A stretch of DNA of 59,884 nt, filler included, from Squatina squatina (lineage: Eukaryota), in the NCBI GenBank assembly GCA_031763465.1. It is 4 parts of 3 records of this genome, joined end to end, with 100 filler letters (N's around TTAATTAATTAA, not from the genome) between each part and the next. Parts side by side here need not be neighbours in the genome. Positions count along the whole stretch, not along the records: positions 31,534 to 44,516 come from JARFOE010000013.1; positions 44,617 to 59,884 come from JARFOE010000162.1; 2 more parts are not named here. The stretch is one strand, 5' to 3'. Below the pieces are notes generated by a model that was not told the DNA's origin, did no database searches, and saw nothing but the letters and a program-made list of their open reading frames with translations. Position 1 is the first letter of the stretch. Every line of letters starts with the position of its first letter. Shown here in pieces: positions 36,575 to 49,503 of the stretch. Both the position numbers and the translations under genes were made by a program.

Positions 36575-36915
36575 ATTGAATTTTGGAGAAAAGTATTGGA
36601 GAAATTGTTTCCACTGAAAGGAGGCTTGGTAACCAGAGGACACAGTTTAAGATAATTGGCACAAAAGTCAGTGGGGAGCTGAGGAGAAATGTTCTTACTT
36701 AGCAAGTTGTTAATGATCTGGAATGCATTGCCTGAAAAAATGGTGAAAGAATAGCAACTTCCAAAAGGGAACTGGATATATACTTAAAAAAAGAAAACTT
36801 GGCAGAGCTATGGGGAAAAAAGCAGGGGAGTAGAACTAATTGGTAACTCTTTTAGAGAGCGAGCACATGAACAATGGGCTGAATGGCCTCCTTCTGTGCT
36901 GCATGATTCTATTCT
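36575..36915 (+). mobile_element. CR1 LINE 3' end
   Basis: accagaggacacagtttaag...tggaatgcattgcct...atgggctgaatggcctccttctgtgctgcatgattctattct, a CR1 tail. Confidence 0.8.
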
Positions 36916-36974
36916 AATGATATTGTGCCCTGAGCTTAGATTTGAAGCAGTAACTTTTCTCCTTTTCTCTATAG

Positions 36975-37134
36975 GACCGCACCCAAGACACAGTATACTG
37001 GCTGCTCTGTACATGAAAACAACAATGGTCAAGCAGCATTTGAAAATCCAATGTATGACACAAATGCAAAGTCGGCTGAAGGCAAGGCAGTTCGATTCGA
37101 CCCCAATCTTAACACAGTCTGTACAATGGTATAA
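36975..37134 (+). CDS. CSMD3: CSMD3 last coding exon (cytoplasmic tail)
   Basis: tctctatag|. Encodes TAPKTQYTGCSVHENNNGQAAFENPMYDTNAKSAEGKAVRFDPNLNTVCTMV*. Confidence 0.97.
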
Positions 37135-39480
37135 GGCAGGGACATTGTTTGATTACATAGCCTGATACACATCTAGCGCTTTGCATCCTTGGGACATCTA
37201 GATTTTGACTAAACCAACTTATGTACAATGCACATTTGGTTCACTGCTATTTAAAGCACACTTTTCAGGAATTTAATGTACCAGATTTATCTGAAGAACC
37301 GAAAAAAAGGACATGTTTTCATGGCTCACCCAGTATGGAACAGATTTGCTCTTCATTCTGTTACTGGAGAGCTTTTCTGTACATTCAAAACAATTGCCTG
37401 CACAACACAGTAAATTGTATTAGATAGTGTGTGATGTCTTAAGTGTGATGAATTTTTAAGGTTTTTATAATTAGTCAGATAAGATGGGTGGATGTGCAGT
37501 TCTACAACTTGCACTTTGCTTTCAAAAAAAGTTGAATGTTTAACCTTACATACCATATGAAAATATTAACTTTCCAGTAACTTTATATAATTTCTATGAA
37601 AAGATCCTGTAGCTTGAATCCCAGGGAGTTTTTATCGTTCATAGGTTTGCTGGNNNNNNNNNNNNNNNNNNNNNNNNNNNNNNNNNNNNNNNNNNNNNNN
37701 NNNNNNNNNNNNNNNNNNNNNNNNNNNNNNNNNNNNNNNNNNNNNNNNNNNNNTGGAATTTTGAGACATTTGAGGTAATTTTGCTTATTAAACATCTTGG
37801 TTGTGCTGGAAAATATTGCGGATGAAACACTTGTTTCAAAAAAAAAGCTAAAAACTTTCTCAGAAGAAAACTGCAGATACTTGAGGAGCATTGAACCTCT
37901 GCTTTCAATGTTACAAACAATGGGGGCTAGGATTTGGCATGAAGGATGGGACACTGAATATGTAACAAAGACCGTGAAGTACTGTATAGTCAAGATTATT
38001 ACAGGTTTTGCTTTCTTGTGTAAAAAAAAACTTTATAAGGAACAACTGCAAAACTGATTTTAAATACCTGACTGTAAAGCGGCCAGTGTGGTACTCACTA
38101 AACAGATTTCTATGGAACACTACCAGTCTTTTTTGATTGCCGAGAAAAATCTCTTCATCTATTTAATTTTTTTTCTCCATATTATTGATTTGAATTTGTA
38201 TTCTTCGTACAAAATATTGAATTCTTGCCACAGAATAAAATGAGAACTATTTATACTATATATTCATATTTTCAAGTAACGCATATGCATGATATGTTGC
38301 ATGCTTCATTATTATTTAATTACTCGATTGTGTTTATTTTACAACAAACCATTTTATTTATTGTCTAATAACGTTATGGTCTTATGTACGTGCTTACAAC
38401 AGTTCATCTGGACACTTTCAACATTAAGTGATTTATGGTGTGGATGTCATGCATTTTGCACTATCGATACTCATGGTATTATGGATGTGTGTGTTGTAAT
38501 TAGAACAAGCTTATTTGTTTAAATCTGATTGGGGTTTTGTAAGGTGGAGAGTGCAAAAATATAGACTACGATTATAGGGGGTATCACCTGAGCCAGCTGT
38601 TTTTCTTGCCCATTCTTTAATTAAGAAAATACATACTTTTTTTTCCATTGTGCATCTGCACAGTAGACGTTAGTAAATTATGAGTGTGTTTACTAATGAC
38701 AGACAAGAAATGCATCTCTTGCATGGATGATTGTGATGTGTCTGAGTGCTCATCTTAGTTTCAAATGTTTATTCCACTGTTCTAATGGCAGCCATACTCC
38801 ACATGACTCCTGACACTTCCTATTGATCATCTTCTTAACATTTGCCTTAAAGAGCCATGACATACTATACATTGCAGTAGCAACAAGTCTCCACCTCCCA
38901 TCTCTATTTAATAATTGTTCATACTCTAAAGCTCATCTCATTACACACAAAAAATTGTTACCACTGTGTTAGAAAAGGATTTGCATGAAAATTTAAGAAC
39001 AGAAGTACAATCAAACTAAAATAATCTGTTTTATTTTGCTGAAAGGATTATCAATTAACTGGCGATATTACTATTGTTGTAACTGTAATGTATGCACTGT
39101 GCCTACCAAAAATTAATTGAGGCCAAGGTTGCTGCTCCTAAAATGTCCTATGAGTGTATTTTTTTTGGTCAAAAATCTAGCATTGGGCTTTAAGATCCAT
39201 TTACCTTTAATCACAAGAATTGAATACATTCAACTGTAGAAATTTTACAATGCATCTGAAGCTGTATTAAATTTAACGGCAATTATTTTTCTTCAAATTG
39301 TCTCATGTATGTTCCTGCTCGCCCAGGTTTGTATACCGTAAGTGACTGCAATAAACAAAGTATGTCCACTGAAATTAGAACAAACTTTAAATTGTACCTG
39401 AAACAAATTTCATGTGCAACCTCCTTACTCCTCTGTATCATGTTTATTATAATTAGATGCATAAAAAATTTCTTTTGTAA
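37135..39480 (+). other. CSMD3: Probable CSMD3 3' UTR (extent uncertain)
   Basis: AT-rich sequence with no recognisable repeats after the stop codon. AATAAA near 38234 and 39350. Crosses one 100-N gap. Confidence 0.5.
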
Positions 39481-39744
39481 AGAAATATATTTTTATGAAA
39501 AAAGAATTTGTTGTACTATGGGGTTGTAGGGCATTGGTCCCACAAATACTGGATTACTGATATCAGCTGTGCCATTCTTGGAAGATGCTGAGTACATACC
39601 AGGCTATTTTGCCACAACAGAAAAAAAAAGCAACAGTGACAGTTACCCTAGAACATTCACATAGATCCATGCAGGGATACAATAAGGAAGAGGAGGAAGA
39701 GGAAAAAGAAAAAGTACCTTGAAAAATAGTTGCTTGTCATAACT

Positions 39745-40533
39745 CCTTTATGACCTTCCTTAAAACCCATTTCTGACTATGCTTTTGATTACCCCTCCTA
39801 AAATCTTCTCCTTTAGCTCAGCGTCTGTCTTTTGACGATGTCCCTATGAAGCGCTTTGGGATTTTTTTTCTATGTTAAAAGTGCAATATAAATGCAAGTT
39901 GTTGTTGAGAAAGGATAGGCACTATGGTCGCATTCACAGAGGATATCCCTTCTGACTTTGGCAAAGGCCATTTCAGTTTGTGAGAAGGAGAGAAGCTGGA
40001 CTGGAGAGATTCCAACCAGGAATCTTCGGAGAGATGAGCATGGAGCTGGGAGGCCAGAGCACTTTCAAGGATCTTGGAAAGGAAGGAAGGTTAGATTTGG
40101 AATGGTAGTTGGGAAGAACAGATGAGTCACTGGTGTCTTTGTTAAGTAGTGGTTTGGTGCCTGAGGAAAAAGAAGCATCGACAATATCAGCTAACATTGG
40201 GGCGAGGAAGGGGAGTTGAGTGGAGAGAGAATTAAGAGAGCAGGCGGTGGGTGTTATAAATGATATTAGCTTGGGGGAGAATAAATGATAAATTACAAGG
40301 AGATGAGGGTCTTGGTGGGAGATGGGGCAGTTGAGATGGGCAGGTGAAAAGGAAGGAAGTAGCACAGGTAACTGAACAGATGGTCTTGATTTTGGAAAGA
40401 AAGAAAGAAGTCCATGAACTCCTTGAATTTGGTGTTTGAGCTGATGGAGGAGGATGGGAAAAAGAGGCTTAAGGAACAATTGTTTTTGCCCTCTGGAATG
40501 GTCCTGGCTGAGGAGAGCAAAGCATAACAGCAG
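39745..40533. mobile_element. L2 LINE fragments: 3' tail (+, 39745-39908) and ORF2 piece (-, 39970-40533)
   Basis: Tail gaagcgctttggga...tatataaatgcaagttgttg. Minus ORF contains LADIVDASFSSG, KPLL and SNLPSF. Confidence 0.75.
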
Positions 40534-43500
40534 NNNNNNNNNNNNNNNNNNNNNNNNNNNNNNNNNNNNNNNNNNNNNNNNNNNNNNNNNNNNNNNNNNN
40601 NNNNNNNNNNNNNNNNNNNNNNNNNNNNNNNNNAAATATTTAAATAAGGTCCACTCGAATATTGCCGGCATAGGCAGGCGTCGGCGGTCAATGAGTAATC
40701 TTTTGTCGTCAATTTTCAACTGCCTACCGTCCTGATTTTCAGATTGGTTGTAGCAGACAACAGTTGATAATCACTCCCCCTCCCCTCACCCCATCGTGTA
40801 ACCTGCTAACCCATCATCCTCTGCAAGCATTTCGCACATTGAGATTCAAATCACAACTCAAAACTGCAAAAACGAAGCCCAAAGTACATATTTTAACTCT
40901 GGACGACAAACAAGGGCACAGGGGGCTCAAAGCGGCCGATTAATTGTTGCCCCACTCCCAGAATATGAAGCCTGAGAGAGTCTAACAGAAATGTTCCCCA
41001 GCAAGATAACTGGGGATTGTGGGAGATGGTTTGGGAGGAGAGGAGAGGGAGCCCGGGGGAGGAAAGATCCCACGGTCAGGATTAGCCCCTCCTGTTCTTC
41101 CTGGCCCACAAGGAATCTTTACATTTTTGTTGATAAAAGAACTTTCCTGGACTGGGTTCATTGCTGCCGCCAGTTTTAGGTGGAGACGGAGCAGCCTGTA
41201 GTCATCAGAATGCAACAATGCCATTTAAATTAGGCCCCTGCTCCTCTGGGCCTTTCTGTAGCTGAAGAGAGGTATGTAAAAATGGTGGGGGGTGGTAATG
41301 CAGTGCGAACCCCTCTCTGCCATTTCAAACCCACTGGGCGTTCTGGGTTAAAATGGACCCCCGGCATATATACTCAAATTTATCAGCAACAAGGTCACTC
41401 AGCGATTTCAGCTGATGTCTTTCAGAATTCCGCACTCAAGCTCAGCTTTTGTGTTTTTCCGTTTTACTGGATCATTGTTACTATAGATGAACAAAGCTTT
41501 AATCTTCCCTTTCTTTGAATAGCAAACCAGGCTCATGATCCAGATTAAAGAAACAAGAACCATGCCCCCAGCCCCATTACTAATTAATATGACAGTTGCC
41601 GAAGGTGATTTGCCAGAGTGCTCTTATCAGCATGAGTCACAGGCTTCCACTTTTCAGCAGCATAATGTGAGAACGCCATGCAGCTGTGCAATATATGCAG
41701 CTTATTACAGTCAAGCTGTAGCACTTATCACTGAACCATGTCGTGTATATAATAAGGAAAGCTGGATCATTTCCTTTTTAATTGCACCTTATTAGCTTCT
41801 GCTGCCCATTACTTTTAAAGCCTATTATTGCTGTACTTGTTCACCCTTGTGCTGATGTCCATAAATAAAATAATAATCAATCAATAATCTTGCTTCCTTT
41901 AGTATAATAACTCTGAGGTATAAAGTAGCTGTTTGATCAATGCACGTTAAGTATCTTCTGGAATACATTTAGAAACACATTTTAATANNNNNNNNNNNNN
42001 NNNNNNNNNNNNNNNNNNNNNNNNNNNNNNNNNNNNNNNNNNNNNNNNNNNNNNNNNNNNNNNNNNNNNNNNNNNNNNNNNNNNNNNGGAAGCAGTTAAG
42101 CCAACTGAGGTATTTGCATGCTGAAGCTGAGCACGAATAGCTCTGTTAAGTATGGGCCCCTTAAAGCTAAAGTTTGCATGTGTTTGAACGCTCAAATTGT
42201 AAAGTGGCTAATTGAGGGCATCAATGAAAATTTTCTAAGAGTCTCACTTTCAGTGCTAAATTCGGCGCTTAGCGCTAGAAACGCTAAAGTCGCAAATTGG
42301 GCGACCCACGTAGCCACGGTGCTGACCCGGCCAATGCCGCATCACTTCCGGGTTACACGAGCAGTGAGCCAGGGCAAGGGCTGCAGGCTTACACCGCCGA
42401 AGAGGATCAAGAGCCCAGAGGGCCTCAAGGTAAGTTGTCATTTTGTTTTCAAGCTGCCGACACGCCAGCAAGAGTGCCAGCAAAGGGGGAGGAGGTCTGT
42501 GGGGAAGATCGACCACCACTCGGCCGATGAGAAAAGTTAGCAGCCACGCGCCTTTAAGGGCTCCTCGCATTGCCAGGCAAAACCTGTCGGTGTCAGCGCG
42601 AATTCCGGAGACGGTGCCCCCCCGACGCATAGGGGGTTGCGGGCGGGTGCGAGGGATCGATGTGCAATGTGATGACGTCGCGCGCCAGCCGCTGCGCCAC
42701 CAGCAGTGGGGCTTTTACGCCACCAGCGCCCAAGGCCCAATTCTGCAAATTTAATTTTTGGAGCTTGTGCTCATTTCACGCCCGGATTGCACCGTTAATC
42801 AGCACGATCCGACCCTGAGATGAGGCCAGCTGTGCGCCCTCATTGCCTTTACTCCTTGACTTATTCTATTGCTCCCATCTATGTGCAAATTAAAATCTTA
42901 TTATAACCATGTCGTTTCAGCTACATGCTTACCTGATCTCCGTGTTTATACATCCCTCAATGCATCACTACTCTGAGGACGCCTGTAGAAAATCCCGCTA
43001 CAGATTATTCTAAGCATAGCGTTTCCACTACCTGATCACCCTTACTGAAATACTTTATTCTTACTGCTTTAAAAACGTATTTAAAAAAATGCTGATATTG
43101 TGTAAAAATCTCTGAAGGGAATACTTACATCCTTCAGAGTTCCCTAATGTCTGGACATATTCGTAATCTGTTTATTTTCATGGAATTAACCAATTTAATT
43201 TCTTTTATGTGAATCATTTAATCCCCCTGATGGCAGATTCAGATTGATTTTCTTTTCAAGCGACAGGATTTGATTCAATGCTTTATTCAAATCTTTGTTG
43301 ATTTTTACCTAGAGCAGCACAGCTGAAGTAGAGATGGGAATTGTGTCTGTCTCTGATGCTTGAACATCCAATATGGGCTTTTCCTCTGGGGTACCTCTAT
43401 GAAGCAGTGAGGACTTAGATTTTTGGGGGGAATGTCGGTTTTCATTTGATAGAAATTTCTATTTGCTTGGTACAAACATCTTGGAGGGATGAAATCATTG

Positions 43501-44014
43501 TTTCTAAATGATTCAGCAGCATGCAAAATACTTTAGTGCAGTCTTTGTGATGGTGGCCAGTAACATAAGCAAATGGTGTTCATTTGTTCGGAACACCCGA
43601 GAATGAAAGATTATTTGTTCCTGCTATGGCTCAGTAATGATCTGAAGTCTCTCATTTACCTCCTGCCTTTATTGAGAATCCATTGTCGGAATTTGGGTTT
43701 TAGAACGAAAGTAAATTATATTTTTCTGAATTGAGTTGAGATGGTTGAAATTAATTTAGGCCAGTTTTCAGGCCAATAATCGGCGTTGACACCAGCAGCG
43801 CACAACCTAATCACATGGGCAGGGCAAGACTGATAAATTGGTCATTCTAATTAAATAGACGGGCTGCTATTCTGAGTCCCACTGTTAACTTGCAGCACAC
43901 CGAATCAGAGCCTTNNNNNNNNNNNNNNNNNNNNNNNNNNNNNNNNNNNNNNNNNNNNNNNNNNNNNNNNNNNNNNNNNNNNNNNNNNNNNNNNNNNNNN
44001 NNNNNNNNNNNNNN

Positions 44015-44480
44015 CCACCAAGAACATGGATGCAGTGCAGGAAGACTTTTAATGATCTGACACAAGGTGAGTCAGTTCAATCTTCAAATGCCATACTGCA
44101 CCACCAGCCTCATCCACTGCTTGATTCACCACACCCCCATCACTGACCTGCCAAAAATCTCTATCAATCAGTACTCAACCCTTCAATTCTTCATATACCT
44201 CACCCTCATATACTTAGCACTGTTGCAAGTCTCACACCCGCAACTCACAGCTCACACACACTGCCAGCTATTCAACCACGACAGCCACGTCACCCAAACA
44301 TATTGCAGGACACACTCCCCTTTTTCATCTAGGAGAAAGTGGCTCATAACAGGAGATAGTAGCAAAGAACTGGAGGAAGACACGTGCACCTGCATATTTT
44401 AATCCCCATAGATGAGACTGGCCATCCTGGGAAATGGCATTGCTGAGGCCATGGTCACTGGCAACATGGAGGGATCGATG
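44015..44480 (+). pseudogene. Harbinger Myb/SANT protein relic retaining its intron
   Basis: PRTWMQCRKTFNDLTQ then donor gtgagt, acceptor tcatctag, then EKVAHNRR**QRTGG. Matches the RTWxQCRKKFNDL...KxAHNRRExxxTGG pattern, with stops. Confidence 0.75.
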
Positions 44481-44516
44481 ATGATGGTCTCTGCATTCTC
44501 TCATTCCACTTCCCCC

Positions 44517-44616
44517 NNNNNNNNNNNNNNNNNNNNNNNNNNNNNNNNNNNNNNNNNNNNTTAATTAATTAANNNNNNNNNNNNNNNNNNNNNNNNNNNN
44601 NNNNNNNNNNNNNNNN
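44517..44616. other. Artificial scaffold linker N44-TTAATTAATTAA-N44
   Basis: Same linker as at 15082. Confidence 0.97.
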
Positions 44617-45029
44617 AAGTTACGCTGCAACTTGAAGGTGCTTTGCTTGGAATAAATGAGGTGCTTTCATCAGGGGAATGAAGAAACTCAACAGTCGTTC
44701 CTCTGCATCACTGTCACCACTGGGTGGCAGTGTCTATCATATTTGATGCCCTTCAGCTTCTATTGTATGAAATCTGCATTTATGTAATTTGGGGGGAAAC
44801 TGCTGCATTTGACTGCTATTAAAGTGGTAGAATAGGCAACTTGGAAGGGGCAGAAAAGGGAGACTGATCTCTGGCCTCATTGGCAACTGGTTGAGTAACA
44901 TCCTTTTTGGACAAATGGCAAAGTTTTTTTTTCTTTTCTGGAGATCTGCATTGTGGATCTCCTAAAGACTGCTCACAAGTAGTGAGTGACCCCTCACAAA
45001 TAGAGATATTTAAATAGTGCCTTTAATCT

Positions 45030-45850
45030 CAAAAGCTCCCAAAGTGCTTCAGAGAAGAAGCAGACTGAGCAGCAGTGGAAATGTTAGGAGATAGCAGAAA
45101 CCACGGTTGAACAACAAGTCTTTTGGGGACTTTTACAGCTGTGGAGAGAGGTAGCCAGGTGGAGGGATTTAAGGAGGAAGGTCCAGAGATGAGGCCCAAG
45201 ATGGCTGAATGCTCTTGTGACACAAGCTGGACAAGAGAGTGGAGTTACGGTAGATGAAAGTTGGAAGACCATGCGGTGTAGGTTGGGATGTAGACCTAGA
45301 GAAGGCCATGAAAGAATTTTTAATTTGGTGCATCGGGGAATGGAAGCCATTGAAATAATTGAGGACCGTCGCATGAGTGAGACTTAGTGCAGCACATGGT
45401 GTAGGCGTTGCAGTTTTGGATGAGTTGGAATCTACGAGAGAAGCTGATGAGATGATAAGCCGAGTCAAATCTAGAGGTAACATATTTCTGGATGATGGTT
45501 TCAGCCGAGGCAGGCACTGTCGTGGAGGTCGGAGTAAGCAGCCTTTGTGGTTTAATCAATTGATTTGAGACTCGCTCTGAGTCAAACATGGTGCTACGAT
45601 TGCACGCTGAATTCATACTGAGAGTTGCTGGGTAGGGGTGTAACCATGGGAAATGGTACGGAGTTTTTCCACGGGAGCAGCTTTAAGATGGAGACGGTCC
45701 AGGTTGTGCCTTTTGAGGAGAGAAGTGATGGCAGTTTTGACGTGGCTGAGCAAAAGGAGCCATTTACAATATTGGTGAGCATTAGGGGAGTGGATATGTT
45801 CAGCCATTTTCTGTATTCTTCGGTAAGGGGGAAACTTGTGCATTGAAAAA
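45030..45850 (-). mobile_element. Degenerate L2 LINE ORF2 3' region
   Basis: Minus-strand fragments AETIIQKYVTSRFDS, FQLIQN and RAFSHLGPHLW are typical of the L2 C-terminal part. Confidence 0.7.
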
Positions 45851-45957
45851 ACATTTGTTGAAATGATCGGGTTTTTTTCCTGGTAAGTGGTGCTTTTATT
45901 TCAATAACTGGTGTCCATATTTTTACATTTAACTGAAAATCTATTTTCCTCTAACAG

Positions 45958-46114
45958 AGAACGGGAGAAATGGGAGAGAGAGCGCATGCGAGAGCGTGAA
46001 GAACGGGAGCTGCTCCAGCGGGAGAGGGAGCGGCTTGAAATTGAAAGGAAACGTCTTGAGAGGGAGCGGCTGGAACGAGAAAAGCTGGAACGGGAGAGAA
46101 TTAGAATAGAGCAG
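45958..46114 (+). CDS. SAFB: SAFB-like exon (Glu/Arg-rich coiled region)
   Basis: ctctaacag|...|gtaaaa. Encodes EREKWERERMRERE...RERERLEIERKRLERERLEREKLERERIRIEQ. Confidence 0.85.
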
Positions 46115-46430
46115 GTAAAACGGGAGGGCCAGGAACAGTACCGATAACTGAGGAACCCTCTACCTTTAGTTCATTCAGTTAATATGGTGGCTAAAGAAAA
46201 GGCAAATGTAGGGATACACTTTCCGATACTTTTTAATTCAGTTTAATTTAATTGAGAGGTGGAGAAGCGCCCATCTAGTTGTATTTCTTGGCTTTTTAAC
46301 CATCGTGACTCTAGTTTAGAATAAGAAAAATGTAAAGATAACTGGCACTATTCAAATAGAATGTGTTGAGAATTAAATTAAGCATTCTTTATTCTCTAAT
46401 GTTGTAAATTGTTTAATCTCTGCCACGCAG

Positions 46431-46552
46431 GAGAGGAGGCGAGAACAGGAGCGAATTAATAGAGAGAAAGAAGAGCTCAGACGCCAACAGGAGCAAATGC
46501 GCTATGAACATGAGCGCCGCGGTGGCATTAAAAGGCCATATGATAGCGATAG
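46431..46552 (+). CDS. SAFB: SAFB-like exon
   Basis: cacgcag|...|gtaaat, phase 0-2. Encodes ERRREQERINREKEELRRQQEQMRYEHERRGGIKRPYDSD. Confidence 0.9.
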
Positions 46553-46645
46553 GTAAATGTTTCATCTGTAACTCCACTCCCTGCTTCTTTGCCTACTTGA
46601 TACTGTCTGTAATCCTAAAAATGGTTTTGAATCTTCCTCTCCTAG

Positions 46646-46801
46646 ACGGGAGGATCAGTACTGGCCTGATCAGAAACGTATAGCCCTGGACAGTGATAAC
46701 AGATACAGCAGTCACGGGTCAGACTTTAGCCGCCCAGAGCGGTTCAATGACTTTGATCACCGGGATCGAGGTCGGGGATTTCCAGATATGCAGATGGACA
46801 G
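46646..46801 (+). CDS. SAFB: SAFB-like exon
   Basis: ctcctag|...|gtgagt, phase 2-2. Encodes REDQYWPDQKRIALDSDNRYSSHGSDFSRPERFNDFDHRDRGRGFPDMQMD. Confidence 0.9.
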
Positions 46802-48062
46802 GTGAGTCGCAGTTAAGGGTAGACCATGTGCTTTGTGTTGAGACTTGGTGGATGAACGCTAGGAATTAATTGTACTTGCACAACCTTCTTGGATTTAAGG
46901 AAGCTTGGAGCTTTTGATTCGTGTGGGTGTGTACAGTTTGAGAATCCTACATGTGCCACAGTGGAGTTAAATTAATCAACTTTACAGATACACAAATTGA
47001 AACTCCAGCTTATTTTGACGATCGAATGATAAAACTGCAAGGGTAATGCCAAGCGAAATGGAAACTCTGCTTTTCCCCAAAAAAACAGCAGTTTTTAATT
47101 TCATTTGTTTCCAGCCTTTTGGTTAAAAATTACGGAACTTGAGAGTTAAGTTTTGTTACTCCAGGTTTATTTACGTGGGCCCTNNNNNNNNNNNNNNNNN
47201 NNNNNNNNNNNNNNNNNNNNNNNNNNNNNNNNNNNNNNNNNNNNNNNNNNNNNNNNNNNNNNNNNNNNNNNNNNNNNNNNNNNGAAGACACGTGGAGAGA
47301 GCTTAGGCTTTTTTTGCAATGAATTTTAAGATTAAAGTTCATTAACATTACTTGCCTCTTGCTTCCCAGGTCCTGGCAATTGATAGGAGATTCAAACATC
47401 TCAATGTTACACATTATCCAAATTGCGGCATATTGTGGGGAAATGATTAAGACAAATGATGACTATGACTGAATTGTTGATTGTGTCAGCAGGACCATTG
47501 AAATCTTTGAGTTGAAGAACAGCCAGGTGGTGGTTTGTCCTTGTGGGGTCACTCTTTGCCCACTCAGCATGGCTATGGATTTATGGTGGGATCTATCCCA
47601 TGATCTCTTCATAGTGTACTCCATGCAAAATCAAATTACTGCCCCAAACCATTGACTGGCCTGCTTCCTCCATAGGCCTGCTTCACTGACGTGGGCAGTA
47701 CAATGAATAATTAGCTATTCTCAGTTTAAAGTTGGTAATGATGTACTGTATGTTGTACCAGGCCATCCGATCCTGCTGATGGGATGGAAGGATCATATAG
47801 TGTCGAAATTTCTCCATTTTGATAGTTCTCTAAACTTAATTTTCAGTTTCAAGTGATTTTCTTCCTCTGGCTTCTTGTTGGAAGCAGATTTGGAATCTTG
47901 CTTTTATATTTGCTACATTTGCAAACTCTACTTGAGGACGAATGTTTGAACTCAATAACAAANNNNNNNNNNNNNNNNNNNNNNNNNNNNNNNNNNNNNN
48001 NNNNNNNNNNNNNNNNNNNNNNNNNNNNNNNNNNNNNNNNNNNNNNNNNNNNNNNNNNNNNN

Positions 48063-48180
48063 CAGTTCTGCACTGGAGTGTCAGCCTAGAGCTGTGTGCT
48101 CAAGCTTCTGAAGTAGGATTTGAACCCACAACCTTCTGACTCAGGTAAGTGTGCTACTCACTCAGCCACAGCTGACACAT
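48063..48180 (-). mobile_element. SacSINE1-like 5' part
   Basis: gcactggagtgtcagcctaga...tttgaacccacaaccttctgactcag. Confidence 0.8.
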
Positions 48181-48879
48181 CTGGAATGAATTGGATAGCT
48201 AGTCAGCGTGGTGAATGAGGATGTAGCAGGAAGATGTGGGGAGTGTGAAAGAGTACAGGCACGTGGGGTGGATGTTGTCTTTGGGTGAGGGGATGAAGGA
48301 GAATTAATTGTAATAAAAACATTACAATAGCAGTGGCTTGGACAATGTTGTATTGTTTAAAATGCCCTCCATTGCCACTGTGCTTCCTTCCTTGCTGCCT
48401 ATCTATTTCCCATCACAAATGGATACTGATCCCTGACTTGGTGACCTTGACTCAGAAGGCACTCTCTACCCTGCAGTGATAAAAGCTCCTTTGACACTTC
48501 AGAACCAGCTTAAAATTCTTTAAGCACTTTGTGTTTTGTCAGTGGTAGGTTGGCAGTGGAAAATGGCAGGTAAGACATGGATGATTGCTCTGGTATGAAT
48601 CTTTCCCTCAGAGGATTTTACAAAAGCAAAGAGATTTCTCATGTTAAGCTGGGCATATTATTTTCAATTAAATCTATTTTAAAAAGGACTGGTCACAGGA
48701 ATGCAGGGTTTGTTTAGCACAGGGGTCAGGTCCATTGGGGTGACTGAGGGTGGGTCCACAGTTCTGAGGTTGTAAAAAGGGACCGAGGTAGGTGAGAAAG
48801 CAGAGGCACTGAATTTAAACAGCACCTGCCCTGGTGATGGGTGCTGGGAGAACTCAACCAAGGTACAAAGCAAGTAATG

Positions 48880-49331
48880 AAATAATCTGCATTTATATCG
48901 CACCTTTCATGACCTCCGGGTGTCCTAAACTGCTTCAGAGCTAATGAATTACTTTTGAAATTTAGTCACTATTGTAATGTAGGGAAACACAGCAACCAAA
49001 CTGCACGCACACAGGCTCTCACAAATAACAATGAGAAATGACCAGGTAATCTGTTTATAGTGATGTTGATTGAGGGGTAACTGTTAGCCAAGACACTGGG
49101 AAAACTCCCTTGCTCTTTGAATAATGCCATGGATCTTTATGAACACCTCAGAGGACCGATGGAGCCTCGGTTTAACATTTCCTACAAAGGACAGCACCTC
49201 CAATAGTGCAACAGTCCCTCAGCACTGCCGTGGTGTGTCAGCTTAGATTATATTCTCAGATCCCGAGCGGGGTTTGATGCACAAGCTTCTGACTCGGCTG
49301 AGAGTGCTATCATTGACCCAAGGCTGACACC
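48880..49331 (-). mobile_element. Near full-length SacSINE1-like DeuSINE
   Basis: Colinear with 14024-14457 from the tail (tgcatttatatcgcacctttc) to the head (gctgacac). Confidence 0.85.
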
Positions 49332-49416
49332 GATTGTGAAGGATAGCTTAAGTATGATAGAAATATTGCATGACTGGATTATGCTACAAGTTGGTGTGGT
49401 GTAGTGTGTGTGTGCT

Positions 49417-49503
49417 CATAGAAACATAGAAAAATAGGTGCAGGAGTAGGCCATTCGGCCCTTCGAGCCTACACCGCCATTCAACACGATCATGGCTGAT
49501 CAT
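49417..49503 (-). mobile_element. Short CR1 3' end
   Basis: catagaaacatagaaaaataggtgcaggagtaggccattcggccc is a CR1 tail with its 8-bp terminal repeat. Confidence 0.75.
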
